DNA of 64,000 bases. Source: an uncultured Acidobacteriota bacterium (GTDB taxonomy: Bacteria; Acidobacteriota; UBA6911; RPQK01; JAPXNP01). Below, piece by piece: positions 29,972 to 39,975 of the stretch. Each line of letters begins with the position of its first letter. The first letter of the stretch is position 1. The stretch spans positions 416,001-480,000 of the forward strand of contig CAVZRV010000029.1 of NCBI GenBank assembly GCA_963777605.1, given 5' to 3'. The notes under the pieces were generated by a model. It did not search any database, was not told the DNA's origin, and saw only the letters and a program-made list of their open reading frames with translations. The position numbers and the translations under genes are program-made.

Positions 29972-30076
29972 CTTGCACCAATTGGAATTTGCAGAACTTT
30001 CCGCAGAAATGGCGGTGCCAACTTGCGGGTTCCCAAGGCGGAGAAAATTGAGATAATCACGGGGAGAGTTAGTGCA

Positions 30077-30295
30077 ATGGCGGAAGATTTTGAGATCCAG
30101 TTGAATGGAGAAAACCGGAAGCTTGAGCGTCCCATCCCCGTGGACCGTTTCCTGGAGACACTGGGGATGAAAGAGGGCCGGGTGGCGGTGGAGTTAAATC
30201 GCCAGATTGTCAAACGAGAAGACTGGCCGACGACCCTGATTCAACCAGGTGACGTGGTTGAAGTTGTTCATTTTGTCGGCGGTGGGAGTTGGTAG
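30077..30295 (+). CDS. thiS: Sulfur carrier protein ThiS
   Basis: [25 protein letters not shown]; directly before thiG; ends GGG-SW. Confidence 0.93.
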   Translation: MAEDFEIQLNGENRKLERPIPVDRFLETLGMKEGRVAVELNRQIVKREDWPTTLIQPGDVVEVVHFVGGGSW

Positions 30296-30297
30296 CG

Positions 30298-31068
30298 ATG
30301 ACGGATACATTGAAGATTGCGGGCCGGGAGTTTGGATCGCGACTGTTTGTCGGAACCGGGAAGTACAGCTCATTTGAGGTTATGAAGCAGGCCCTCGAGG
30401 CGAGCGGGTCGGAGGTGGTGACCGTCGCCGTTCGCAGGGTAGACCTCAGTGACCGGGGAAGTGAATCGTTGTTCGGCAGCATCCCCGGTCACATGATGCT
30501 GTTGCCGAACACGGCCGGTTGCTACACCGCCGACGATGCCATTCGGTATGCCAGGCTGGGACGGGAGGCCGGTCTTTCCGAGTTCGTGAAACTGGAAGTA
30601 ATCGGAGACGAGAAGACGCTCTTTCCGGACAACGAAGAACTGCTCCGGGCGACCAGGGAACTGGTCAAGGACGGTTTCATAGTTCTTCCATACACAAACG
30701 ACGATCCCGTAATGTGCAAGAAACTGGAGGATGCCGGCGCTGCCGCGGTGATGCCACTGGGGGCGCCGATCGGTTCCGGGTTGGGCATCCAGAACCAGAA
30801 CAACATCCGGATCATCGTTGAACAGGCGTCGGTTCCCGTGATCGTCGATGCTGGCGTGGGCACGGCTTCGGATGCGGCTCTCGCAATGGAGTTGGGTGTT
30901 GACGGCGTTTTGATGAATACGGGCATTGCCGGGGCCCAGGACCCGGTCGCCATGGCCGAGGCCATGCGTCACGCTGTGATAGCGGGTCGCCTGGCATTTA
31001 AGGCGGGACGAATCGCCCGCAAGCTTTACGCGACGGCCAGCAGCCCCCTGGAAGGCGTACTGACTTGA
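30298..31068 (+). CDS. thiG: Thiazole synthase ThiG
   Basis: [47 protein letters not shown]. Confidence 0.98.
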   Translation: MTDTLKIAGREFGSRLFVGTGKYSSFEVMKQALEASGSEVVTVAVRRVDLSDRGSESLFGSIPGHMMLLPNTAGCYTADDAIRYARLGREAGLSEFVKLEVIGDEKTLFPDNEELLRATRELVKDGFIVLPYTNDDPVMCKKLEDAGAAAVMPLGAPIGSGLGIQNQNNIRIIVEQASVPVIVDAGVGTASDAALAMELGVDGVLMNTGIAGAQDPVAMAEAMRHAVIAGRLAFKAGRIARKLYATASSPLEGVLT

Positions 31069-31090
31069 AACGTCATCCTGAGATTTCGAA

Positions 31091-31176
31091 TTGAAACCAA
31101 AGGTGCGAAGGTCGCCAAGCGTATTTCTTAGTGCAAAGAAAAGAGAACTTTGCGCCTTGGCGCCTTTGCGGTTCAA
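31091..31176. repeat. Imperfect inverted-repeat element (REP/MITE-like)
   Basis: Left arm TTGAAACCAAAGGTGCGAAGGTCGCCAAG versus right arm CTTTGCGCCTTGGCGCCTTTGCGGTTCAA around an AT-rich spacer. Confidence 0.6.
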
Positions 31177-31267
31177 TACACCCGTGGCAAGAATCACCCT
31201 TCGATTGATCCGCGGAGGTTGCGGGGGCGCGGCTTAGTTCGGCTGAACCGGGAGAAGGCGGGAGCAA

Positions 31268-32365
31268 ATGAAGACGGTAGATGTCAATTTGGGCGAACGA
31301 GGATACAAGATCCTGATCTCCGAGGGGCAACTCGAGAAAGCGGGCCAGGCCTTTGCAGATGCGGGAATTTCCGGCCGTGTTTTCATTGTCGCGAATCCCC
31401 AGGTGGTCGACCTCTACGGAGTTGCGTTGACCGAGTCTCTCGTCGGGCAGGGCCTTGAGGTGGTGAACCTGATGATCCCCGACGGAGAGCCGAGCAAGAA
31501 CCTCCACACCGTCGAGAACATATACACCTATCTGATCGCCCAGCGGGCCGATCGGCAGAGCACGTTGATCGCACTCGGTGGCGGCGTTACCGGAGATGTG
31601 GTCGGATTCGTTGCTGCGACATTTCTAAGGGGCATTCGGTACGTGCAGGTGCCGACCACGCTTCTTGCCCAGGTGGACAGTTCAGTCGGGGGAAAGACCG
31701 GCGTCAACCATCGCCTCGGGAAGAACCTGATCGGTGCGTTCTACCAGCCTCACCTGGTCTGCATCGACACCCGGACGCTTGCATCCCTGCCGCCTCGGGA
31801 ATTCCGGGCGGGAATCTTTGAAATCATTAAGTACGGGCTGATTTACGATGCGGCCTTTTTCGACTACCTGGAGACGAACCTCGATGCCCTGATTGCCCGC
31901 GAAAGCGGTGTCCTGGAAACCGTCATCGGCCGGTGTTGTGAGATCAAGGCCGAAGTCATCTCGATCGATGAGAAAGAGTCCAACCTGCGTCGCATCCTGA
32001 ATTTTGGTCACACCCTGGGGCATGCACTGGAGGCGGCGACCGGCTACGAGCGGTTCAAGCATGGCGAGGCAGTCGCGTACGGAATGATCGCGGCCGCTTG
32101 CCTGTCGGCGCGCCAGGACGGTCTGGACCAGGAATCGCTCAGGCGTATTTGCTCGCTCGTCACGCGAGTCGGGCCTCTTCCCAGTGCCGCCGACATTGCG
32201 TTCGAGCAGCTGGAGGAAGGGATGATGAGGGACAAGAAGCGGCTCGAAGACCAGATCGTGGTTGTCATTCTGGATGGTATCGGGGCGACCCGCATCGTCT
32301 CCGGTCTTGGCAGTCAGCTCCTGTCCGAGGTCTGGGCATGCGCTCTGGCGGAAGTCGAAGTCTGA
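31268..32365 (+). CDS. aroB: 3-dehydroquinate synthase
   Basis: ALGGGVTGD, PTTLLAQVDSSVGGKTGVN, KNLIGAFYQP, LNFGHTLGHALE, HGEAVA. Confidence 0.98.
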   Translation: MKTVDVNLGERGYKILISEGQLEKAGQAFADAGISGRVFIVANPQVVDLYGVALTESLVGQGLEVVNLMIPDGEPSKNLHTVENIYTYLIAQRADRQSTLIALGGGVTGDVVGFVAATFLRGIRYVQVPTTLLAQVDSSVGGKTGVNHRLGKNLIGAFYQPHLVCIDTRTLASLPPREFRAGIFEIIKYGLIYDAAFFDYLETNLDALIARESGVLETVIGRCCEIKAEVISIDEKESNLRRILNFGHTLGHALEAATGYERFKHGEAVAYGMIAAACLSARQDGLDQESLRRICSLVTRVGPLPSAADIAFEQLEEGMMRDKKRLEDQIVVVILDGIGATRIVSGLGSQLLSEVWACALAEVEV

Positions 32366-32371
32366 TCCCGA

Positions 32372-33094
32372 ATGGTAGACAAGGCTTCAATCCGGGTCCG
32401 CTCGATGTTTGCCTCAGTTGCGCATCGCTACGACCTCCTCAACCACCTGTTGTCGCTGTCGATTGACCGCTATTGGCGTGCATTCACCCGCCGCAAGCTA
32501 TTGAGGCGACTGCCACCCGATCCCCTCATCCTCGATCTCTGCACGGGGACGGGAGATGTCGCGCTTGCCTTCACTCCGGGAGCGTCGGTTGTGGGATGTG
32601 ACTTCTGCCGGCCGATGCTGACAATCGGTCAGGGCAAAGCCGTGAAGCGTGGAGTGGAAAGCTCGATTCGTTTTGTCGAGGGAGATGCCCTCTCGCTTCC
32701 GTTCCCTTCGGCATCGTTCGACGCAGTGACGATCGCCTTTGGACTGCGCAACCTCGAGAACTACCGGAGTGGCCTGCGGGAAATGGCCCGGGTCTTGAAG
32801 CCGGGCGGGCACCTGGCCGTCCTCGAGTTCTCGGTTCCGAAACTGCCCGTCGTGCGGTCTCTTTATCTCTTTTACTTCACCCGCATCCTACCCAAAATAG
32901 GGGCAATCGTGTCCGGTCGCGACGGGCCCTACTCGTATCTTCCAGACTCGGTGAGGGAGTTTCCGTCCCGGTCGGCGCTCAACGCGGTGGTCGAGGAGGA
33001 AGGGTTTCGTCAAGCGGTCGATTATCCGCTTTCTTTGGGGATTGCCACGCTTTATCTCGCGGTCCGGCCGGACGGCGACCCGACAGAAAGGTGA
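32372..33094 (+). CDS. menG: Demethylmenaquinone/ubiquinone methyltransferase (UbiE/MenG)
   Basis: MFASVAHRYDLLNHLLS, LDLCTGTGD, AFGLRN, YSYLPDSV. Confidence 0.92.
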   Translation: MVDKASIRVRSMFASVAHRYDLLNHLLSLSIDRYWRAFTRRKLLRRLPPDPLILDLCTGTGDVALAFTPGASVVGCDFCRPMLTIGQGKAVKRGVESSIRFVEGDALSLPFPSASFDAVTIAFGLRNLENYRSGLREMARVLKPGGHLAVLEFSVPKLPVVRSLYLFYFTRILPKIGAIVSGRDGPYSYLPDSVREFPSRSALNAVVEEEGFRQAVDYPLSLGIATLYLAVRPDGDPTER

Positions 33095-33137
33095 GCGGCT
33101 TTATGGTGAAGTCTCGCACTAATTGAAAGGACCAACG

Positions 33138-34532
33138 ATGGCCCAGGAATCAGCCGGTCTGCCGATGACGGCGCAGTGGGATCCCGACAAGATCCAACGC
33201 GAACAGGAGTACCTGCAGGACCTGAACCGGAAGCCTCTGTTTCGGAGAATCAAGGGCTACTTCAACCTGACCGGCCCGGCCTGGCTGCAGAGCGCCATGA
33301 CGCTTGGAGCCGGCAGCGCCGCGGCCTCGGTGATCGCAGGAGCCTCTTTCGGTTACCAGTTACTCTGGGTTCAGCCGCTGGCGATGTTGCTCGGAGCGGC
33401 CATGATGGCGGCCCTCGGAAACGTCACTCTGACCCGGGGCGAGCGCCCCTACCGCTCCTTTTCCCGGGAACTGGGTGGCTGGGTCGCTTTCCTTTGGGCG
33501 CTGGGAGCGATCGTCGCGTCGGTGATATGGCACTTCCCGCAGTACGGACTGGTCGGCGCGGCGGTCGGAGACCTGGGTGACCTGGCCGGCGCGGCGGGGG
33601 AGGCCTCCCTCGGGTCCTACGCGCTCAAGTTCGGGGCCGGCGCGCTGGTCCTGGCTGTGAGCATATTTGTGACCTGGAACTACGGTTCCAACTCCCGAGG
33701 GATTCGGCTGTACGAGAGCTTTCTGCGCTGGATGATCCGCCTGGTGATCGTGGCCTTCACGGTCGTCGTAATCCAGACTGGAATTCACTGGGAACTCTTT
33801 TTTCGCGGCCTGTTTACGTTCCAGGTCCCGAACGTGGACGGCGTCTGGATCGTCATTCTGGGAGCGTTCGGTGCCGCGGTCGGGATCAACATGACTTTTC
33901 TCTACCCCTATTCTCTGCTTGCCAAGGGGTGGGGAAAAGCGCACAAGGGACTGGCCCGCTACGACCTGTTCGCATCGATGTTCCTGCCCTATTTCATCAT
34001 CACCTCGCTGGTTATGATTGCCATGGCCGAGAAGATCTGGGATCCGTCACTGGGAGTTGTACGGTCCGACCTGAGACCTGTGGAAGCCGCCGCCGCCCTG
34101 GGGTCCGTTCTTGGTTCCACTGCCGGTCGGATTGTCTTTGACCTCGGGTTGATCGGCATGGCCTGCGGAGCGATCAGCACGCAGATGGTCGTCTGCGGGT
34201 TCACGTTCTGTGAGATGTTGGGACTGGAGTACACGGTCCGGCGCTACCGGATGTTCACACTGGCGCCCGCGATCGGGATCCTGGGAGTGGCCTTCCGCTA
34301 CCCGCTATGGATGCCGATTGCGGCTTCGGCGATCTGCCTGACCCTGTTGCCGCTCGCCTACATCTCGTTCTTTTTGATGAACAACAGGCGTTCTTATCTC
34401 GGTGCTGCCGTCGGCGCCGGGTGGAGCCGGTGGGTGTTCAACCTGGTTCTTTTGATCGCAATCCTGGCCGCGGTTCTCGGCAGCGGCGTTCTGATCAAGA
34501 CTCGGGTAATTGACTTTCTGTTTGCCGGGTGA
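33138..34532 (+). CDS. NRAMP/MntH-superfamily membrane transporter
   Basis: ~11 TM; GPAWLQSAMTLGAGS..AGASFGYQLLW resembles NRAMP TM1 but lacks the DPGN motif, so substrate is uncertain. Confidence 0.7.
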   Translation: MAQESAGLPMTAQWDPDKIQREQEYLQDLNRKPLFRRIKGYFNLTGPAWLQSAMTLGAGSAAASVIAGASFGYQLLWVQPLAMLLGAAMMAALGNVTLTRGERPYRSFSRELGGWVAFLWALGAIVASVIWHFPQYGLVGAAVGDLGDLAGAAGEASLGSYALKFGAGALVLAVSIFVTWNYGSNSRGIRLYESFLRWMIRLVIVAFTVVVIQTGIHWELFFRGLFTFQVPNVDGVWIVILGAFGAAVGINMTFLYPYSLLAKGWGKAHKGLARYDLFASMFLPYFIITSLVMIAMAEKIWDPSLGVVRSDLRPVEAAAALGSVLGSTAGRIVFDLGLIGMACGAISTQMVVCGFTFCEMLGLEYTVRRYRMFTLAPAIGILGVAFRYPLWMPIAASAICLTLLPLAYISFFLMNNRRSYLGAAVGAGWSRWVFNLVLLIAILAAVLGSGVLIKTRVIDFLFAG

Positions 34533-34749
34533 CGAAGTGCCCGATTGTCTCCATTGGGCAATCAGACCTGAGTGGAAATCCTGGAATTGGTGAAATGTGC
34601 CTGGTTGATTTTGGCTGGACAGACTATTTCTCGGAAGATCAGCCGGAAGTGGAACCCCTGAACCGGTCGGACAGCAATCAACCGTCCTGATATTCTTTGG
34701 GGGGCCGGGTCGATCGGGATGATGCGGCTATTCGGAAAGGAGTTGAACC

Positions 34750-35733
34750 GTGCAGTACCGCAAGCTGGGGCGAACAGGATGGGAGATTTCGGAAATCGGG
34801 TTTGGTGCCTGGGCAATTGGAGGTGACTGGGGCGATGTGTCGGAAACGGACGCATTCAGCGCTCTCCATGCAGCCGCTGATGCAGGAGTCAACTTCATCG
34901 ATACTGCGGACGTCTATGGAGACGGCCGGAGTGAACGGATCGTGGGTCGATTTGTGGCGGAACGGTCTGAGCGAATCTACGTTGCGACGAAAGCCGGTCG
35001 CAGACTGAACCCTCACAACGCTGCAGGCTACAACCAGCAAAACCTCAACTGCTTCGTCGAGCGGAGCCTGAAAAACCTCAACGTCGATTGCCTGGATCTG
35101 CTGCAACTCCATTGCCCACCTACCGAGGTCTACTATGACCCCGGTGTCTTCGATGTTCTGGACGACATGGTCGAGCGCGGCCTGATCTCAAACTATGGCG
35201 TCAGCGTCGAAAAGGTCGAGGAAGCGATCAAGGCGATGGAGTTTCCCGGGGTCCAGAGCATTCAGATCATTTTCAACCTCTTCAGACAGAGACCGGCGGA
35301 ATTGTTCTTTCCCCTGGCGGTCCAGAAGCAGGTCGGAATCCTGGCGCGGGTGCCGCTTGCGAGCGGTCTCCTGAGCGGGAAGATGACCCGGGACAGGGTT
35401 TTCCCCGCCAATGACCACCGGAACTACAACCGGAGCGGGGAGGCGTTCGACGTCGGTGAGACCTTTTCCGGAGTCGATTTCGGCAAGGGCCTGGAGGCGG
35501 TCGAGCGGATCAGACCTCTCGTGCCTGAAGGGGCGTCAATGGCACAGTTCGCTCTTCGGTGGATCCTGATGTTCGACGCGGTCACGACAGCCATCCCCAG
35601 CAGCAAGAACTCGAAACAGGCCTTGGATAACGCAGCGGCCGCCAGTCTCGGAGTTCTCGACCCTGGGACCATAGACGAACTGTGGAAAATCTACCTCGAG
35701 TTTATCGCTCCTGACGTTCACCAGCGCTGGTGA
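34750..35733 (+). CDS. Aldo/keto reductase
   Basis: SEIGFGAWAIGG, FIDTADVYGDGRSE, DLLQLH, RVPLASGLL. Confidence 0.93.
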   Translation: MQYRKLGRTGWEISEIGFGAWAIGGDWGDVSETDAFSALHAAADAGVNFIDTADVYGDGRSERIVGRFVAERSERIYVATKAGRRLNPHNAAGYNQQNLNCFVERSLKNLNVDCLDLLQLHCPPTEVYYDPGVFDVLDDMVERGLISNYGVSVEKVEEAIKAMEFPGVQSIQIIFNLFRQRPAELFFPLAVQKQVGILARVPLASGLLSGKMTRDRVFPANDHRNYNRSGEAFDVGETFSGVDFGKGLEAVERIRPLVPEGASMAQFALRWILMFDAVTTAIPSSKNSKQALDNAAAASLGVLDPGTIDELWKIYLEFIAPDVHQRW

Positions 35734-35803
35734 GGACAAGCCCGGGTTGAGCGGATGCGACGGGAGCCTGACTCTTGGACTAGTCGGGCCGGTCCGAGAG
35801 ACC

Positions 35804-37779
35804 TCAAGGCTTGTGCCCGTAAGCTGCCAGCAGCAACTGCCTCACCATTTCGACATCCTCCATTGCGGACGGATCGGCGAGAGCTTCGAGATTGTTCATC
35901 GTACCCCCCGCCAGGACTGCCTTGACTCCCGGTTCGACGAGTTTTCCGCTCCTGGTAACCGGCAGGGCTCGGACTGCGAAGATCTCTTTGGGGACGTGGC
36001 GTGGAGAGGCCTTGGCACGCACCGTTGCACGAATGCGATTTGCCAGTTGGGGATCAACACGCCCCATTTCATCCGGGGGGTCCAAGCAGGTCACGAGAAG
36101 GATGATCCACTCGTCCGAACTGCCGGGAGGCCGCCATCCCACAGCCATCGCACCCGACAATTCCGGAACACTGTCCAGCGCAGAATAGATTTCGGCGGCT
36201 CCGATGCGGACCCCTCCGGGATTGAGAGTGGCGTCGCTTCGTCCGAGAATGACGACTCCGCCGGTATTTGATCGGAGTTCGATGAAGTCTCCGTGGGCCC
36301 AGACCCCGGGGAACTTTCCGAAGTAGGCTTCGCGGAGCTTGAGATTGCCGGGATCGTTCAGGAACCCGAGAGGCATCGACGGAAGCGGTTTCCGGCAAAT
36401 GAGTTCGCCCGGGCAATTGGTCAACTCGAGCCCGCTCTCATCGAATGCCGCGATGTCCACTCCGAGGCCTGCGCACTGAATCTCGCCGGCATGCACCGGG
36501 AGGTTGGGGTTTCCAAGCACAAAGCAGGAGACAATGTCGGTCCCGCCGCTGATTCCGGCAAGGTGCAAATCAGTTCCGATCGACTGATAAACCCAGCGGT
36601 ATCCCTCTGGAGATAGGGGAGAGCCGGTGTAGAGGACGGCCTGTAGTTCCGGCGCGGGCGGGTCAAGCAGGAAACCCTGCTTCATGCAGGACTCGATATA
36701 ACGACCGCTGGTTCCAAGGTGGGTGATCCCGAGATCCCGGGCCCGCTCCCAGAGCGTTCCCACGGTCGGGAACCCGGGATTCCCGTCGTAAAGATAGACG
36801 GTGGATCCCAGCGCCAGCGCCGAAAGCTGCCAGTTCCACATCATCCAGCCGCAGGTCGTAAAGAAGAGCAGCCTCGATCGGTCCGAGATGTTGCAGTGCA
36901 GGGACAACTCCTTCAGGTGCTGCAGAAGGGTGCCGCCGGCACCGTGAATCATGCACTTTGGCGGTCCGGTAGTCCCCGATGAGAAGAGAATGTAGAGCGG
37001 GAGGTTGAATGAACGCTCGTTCGGATTGGATCTCTTCGTCCATCCCCAATTTCAGGAAATCATTCCAGTCCAGGTCGCAATGCGGCGCGTTGTCATCTCC
37101 AATTCCGATCAAAGCGCGGATGGACGGCACGCACGCCCTGATTCCCTCCAGCACCGGACCGGTCGAGAATCGTTTTCCGCCGTACGTGTAGTTCAGGCTT
37201 GCCAGGACAACCTTTGGTTCAACCTGGTTCAGCCGGTCGGCCAGTGCGCCGAGTCCGAAGTCGGGTGACGCGCTGCTCCAGACTGCCCCGAGAGACGCCG
37301 TTGCCAGGCATCCGATCACCGCTTCCGGGACATTGGAAACGTAACCCGAGACCCGGTCTCCCGGGCCAACTCCCAGCCGTCGAAGGCCTCCGGCAGCTCG
37401 TCTGACCTGCTCCTTCAGATCGGCCCAGTCCAGGGAGCGGATGACGTCGAGATCTTCGTTGAGGCCGACGACGGCGGGACCTGATGAACCGCCCCCGAGT
37501 AGTACCTCGGCAAAGTTGACTCGCAATTGAGGAAACCATCGGGTCAGCGGCATCGGATCGTTCGTCAGAGCCGGCCGAGGCTCTCCAGACCAGGGCACAC
37601 CGCTGAAATCCAGGAAGCATCGCCAAAACTGATCGACGTGCGTAATACTCCAGTTGTGAAGTTCTCGATAGGTGACGAAACTCCAAGCCGGTCCGCTCCT
37701 GGAGCCATTTTGAGAAGCGGGTCATGTTGCTCGATTCAATCCGCTCCCGAGTCGGCACCCACAATTGTTCGCACACCAA
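35804..37779 (-). pseudogene. Acetoacetate--CoA ligase with two frameshifts (pseudogene or sequencing error)
   Basis: Three frames join into LWVP..ELHNWSI..WFP..NFAE..WSSASPDFG..YILFSSGTTGPPKCMIHG..GWMMWNW..GRSDATLN; shifts near 37677 and 37025. Confidence 0.85.
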
Positions 37780-37792
37780 AGACCTCCCAGTT

Positions 37793-38806
37793 TCAGTTCC
37801 ACCGGAACCACTTGAGCGCCAGGAGGAAGCTCAAGCCGCCCCAGATGGCAAGGACCAGCAGTGGTACCAGTTGCCCCGTCCAGGCCTGGCCCTCCAGGAT
37901 GACGGCCCGGAGAGCGTTGATCAATTGGGTCAGGGGAAGGGCCTGGATGAATGGCTGCATCACCGCGGGGAAGCGCTCGGAGGAGAAGAAGATGCCCGAG
38001 CAGAGCCACATCGGCAGCATGATCACGTTCATGATGCCCGAGACCGTCTCGATGCGCTGAGCCCGGGAAGCCGCCAGGAGTCCCAGGCCGGCGAAGGACA
38101 TGGCTCCCACGAATGCAACCAACACGATGCTGACGATTCCGCCGGCGATCGGAACCCCGAAGATCCAGTGGGCCGCCAAAAGGAGAACGAACGCCTCCGG
38201 GATGAAGAAGGTGATCCGGGTGCCGACCGCCGCAAGCAGGAAATGGGATCGGGGCATCGGCGTAGCCAGCATACGTTTCAGAAGTTTCTTGATGCGCATG
38301 TCAACAAGGACGAATCCTACGCCCCAGAGTCCCCCGCCCATGAGGTTCATTCCGATCAGGCCTGGTACGAGGAAATCGACGTACCGCGACCCCGGGGCGA
38401 TGACGGTCCGGTCCTCCACCGCAAGCGGGTCGGCACGTCCGGCAGCCGACTGGAGCAGATTGTCGAGCGTGTCCCGGGCGACCCTGGAATCGGGATTGGA
38501 GGGATCGTAGTGATATTGGTAGACGCCTGCCGAATTGACCGTCAACAGGACCTGGGTCTGATTGAGTCGGAGTCTCTGGAGACCGTCCTCGAGAGTGGAT
38601 TCCCGCAATCGTACGTCGGTTGATTTCTGGAGGGCCGCCTCGATCTTCGGCAGGTCGGGACCCGGTACAACGTCCACCATAAGTTCCTTCTTGCCCGAAG
38701 AATCAAACGCGATTCCGAGCCCGATGACCATCAGGAGTGGAAACCCGTAGGTCCAGAAAATCGCTTCGGGTTCCCGCAGGAAACTCTTGATGCTGGCGGC
38801 CATCAA
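37793..38806 (-). CDS. ABC-2 type transporter permease
   Basis: FLREPEAIFWTYGFP, RYVDFLVPGLIGM, SGIFFS..LPLTQL. Confidence 0.9.
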   Translation of the reverse strand: MMAASIKSFLREPEAIFWTYGFPLLMVIGLGIAFDSSGKKELMVDVVPGPDLPKIEAALQKSTDVRLRESTLEDGLQRLRLNQTQVLLTVNSAGVYQYHYDPSNPDSRVARDTLDNLLQSAAGRADPLAVEDRTVIAPGSRYVDFLVPGLIGMNLMGGGLWGVGFVLVDMRIKKLLKRMLATPMPRSHFLLAAVGTRITFFIPEAFVLLLAAHWIFGVPIAGGIVSIVLVAFVGAMSFAGLGLLAASRAQRIETVSGIMNVIMLPMWLCSGIFFSSERFPAVMQPFIQALPLTQLINALRAVILEGQAWTGQLVPLLVLAIWGGLSFLLALKWFRWN

Positions 38807-38826
38807 TTGGGCAAGCGCAAACCGTC

Positions 38827-39774
38827 TTAAACATCGCGAAGGTGCCTCCCTGTCAGGGTGACGAATATGTCCTCGAGGTTGACGTGACGCGTTGTCAGCC
38901 GGTTCAGTTTCAGGTGGCGCTTTTCGAGCAAGTGAAGGAGCGAGGGAATTCCGATGTGGGCCTCGGATACGGCCAGCAGGAAGCCCTCCGACTCCCGGAC
39001 ACAGCGGGTTGCTCCCTCAACCTCGAGAAAGTCGTCCGCGACAATCGACTCCATTCCGTCGGGATCGAGGCTGAAATCGACGACGTGCTCTCCCCCGAGC
39101 CTGGAAATCAGTTCGGCAGGTGAACCGATGGCAATGATCCGACCCCGGTCGATAATGGCGACCCGGTCGCAGAGTTTCTCGGCTTCATCCATGTAGTGGG
39201 TTGTCAGGACGATGCTGCGCCCCCGGTCCTTGAGGTCGGAGACGATCTTCCACAAGCTGCGGCGGGCCTGCGGGTCGAGACCGGTCGTCGGTTCGTCCAG
39301 GAAAAGCAGATCGGGGTCTCCCACCAGTGCCGAAGCGACCGCCAGGCGTTGTCTTTGGCCGCCCGACAGGTCACGGGTCCAGGCATCAGCCTTCTCCTGG
39401 AGTGACACCAGTTCCAGGGCTTCTCGGGGCGAGATCCCGTCGCGGTAGAAACTTCGAAAAAGAGTGAGGATTTCCAGGCAGCTCAACTTCTCCTGGAAGC
39501 GGCTCTCCTGGAGTGTGATGCCGATCCGCTGTCGGATTTCCCGGTCATGACCGGTTCTCCAGTGCCGGCCGAGTATTTCCACCGAACCCGCTGTCGGCTC
39601 CAGCAGTCCCTCGAGAATCTCAACCGTTGTGGTTTTCCCGGCCCCGTTGGGACCGAGCAGTCCGAAGCACTCGCCGGTCAAAACCTCGAGGTCGAGGCCG
39701 TTGACCGCCTCGACAGCCTTCTTCCCGGAGTTATAGGTCTTCTTCAGCCGGTCACAACGAATCGCCTTGTCCAT
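38827..39774 (-). CDS. ABC transporter ATP-binding protein
   Basis: GPNGAGKTT, LSGGQRQR, FLDEPTTGLD, TTHYMDEAE; ATG at 39774 (upstream ORF extension is spurious). Confidence 0.93.
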   Translation of the reverse strand: MDKAIRCDRLKKTYNSGKKAVEAVNGLDLEVLTGECFGLLGPNGAGKTTTVEILEGLLEPTAGSVEILGRHWRTGHDREIRQRIGITLQESRFQEKLSCLEILTLFRSFYRDGISPREALELVSLQEKADAWTRDLSGGQRQRLAVASALVGDPDLLFLDEPTTGLDPQARRSLWKIVSDLKDRGRSIVLTTHYMDEAEKLCDRVAIIDRGRIIAIGSPAELISRLGGEHVVDFSLDPDGMESIVADDFLEVEGATRCVRESEGFLLAVSEAHIGIPSLLHLLEKRHLKLNRLTTRHVNLEDIFVTLTGRHLRDV

Positions 39775-39975
39775 TGTTTGTAGGAAGCCTCGTTCGTGTT
39801 GATCTGCCGGGGAGGCAAGGAATCTCACGATACCATATCCGGACGAACCCGCTGCGGGGGTCACCGGCGGTGCTTGCCTCTGCTTCTGTCCTTGTCGGTT
39901 CAGACGCTCTGGACAGTCCGCGTCGATGGTGGAATGATCGAACCCAGCCGTTACTAAAAGGGAGTCGAATTCCAG

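Noticed and set aside
29882-30076. TPP riboswitch upstream of thiS
   Set aside because: Conserved CTGAGA and CCTGA/AGGGA elements not found
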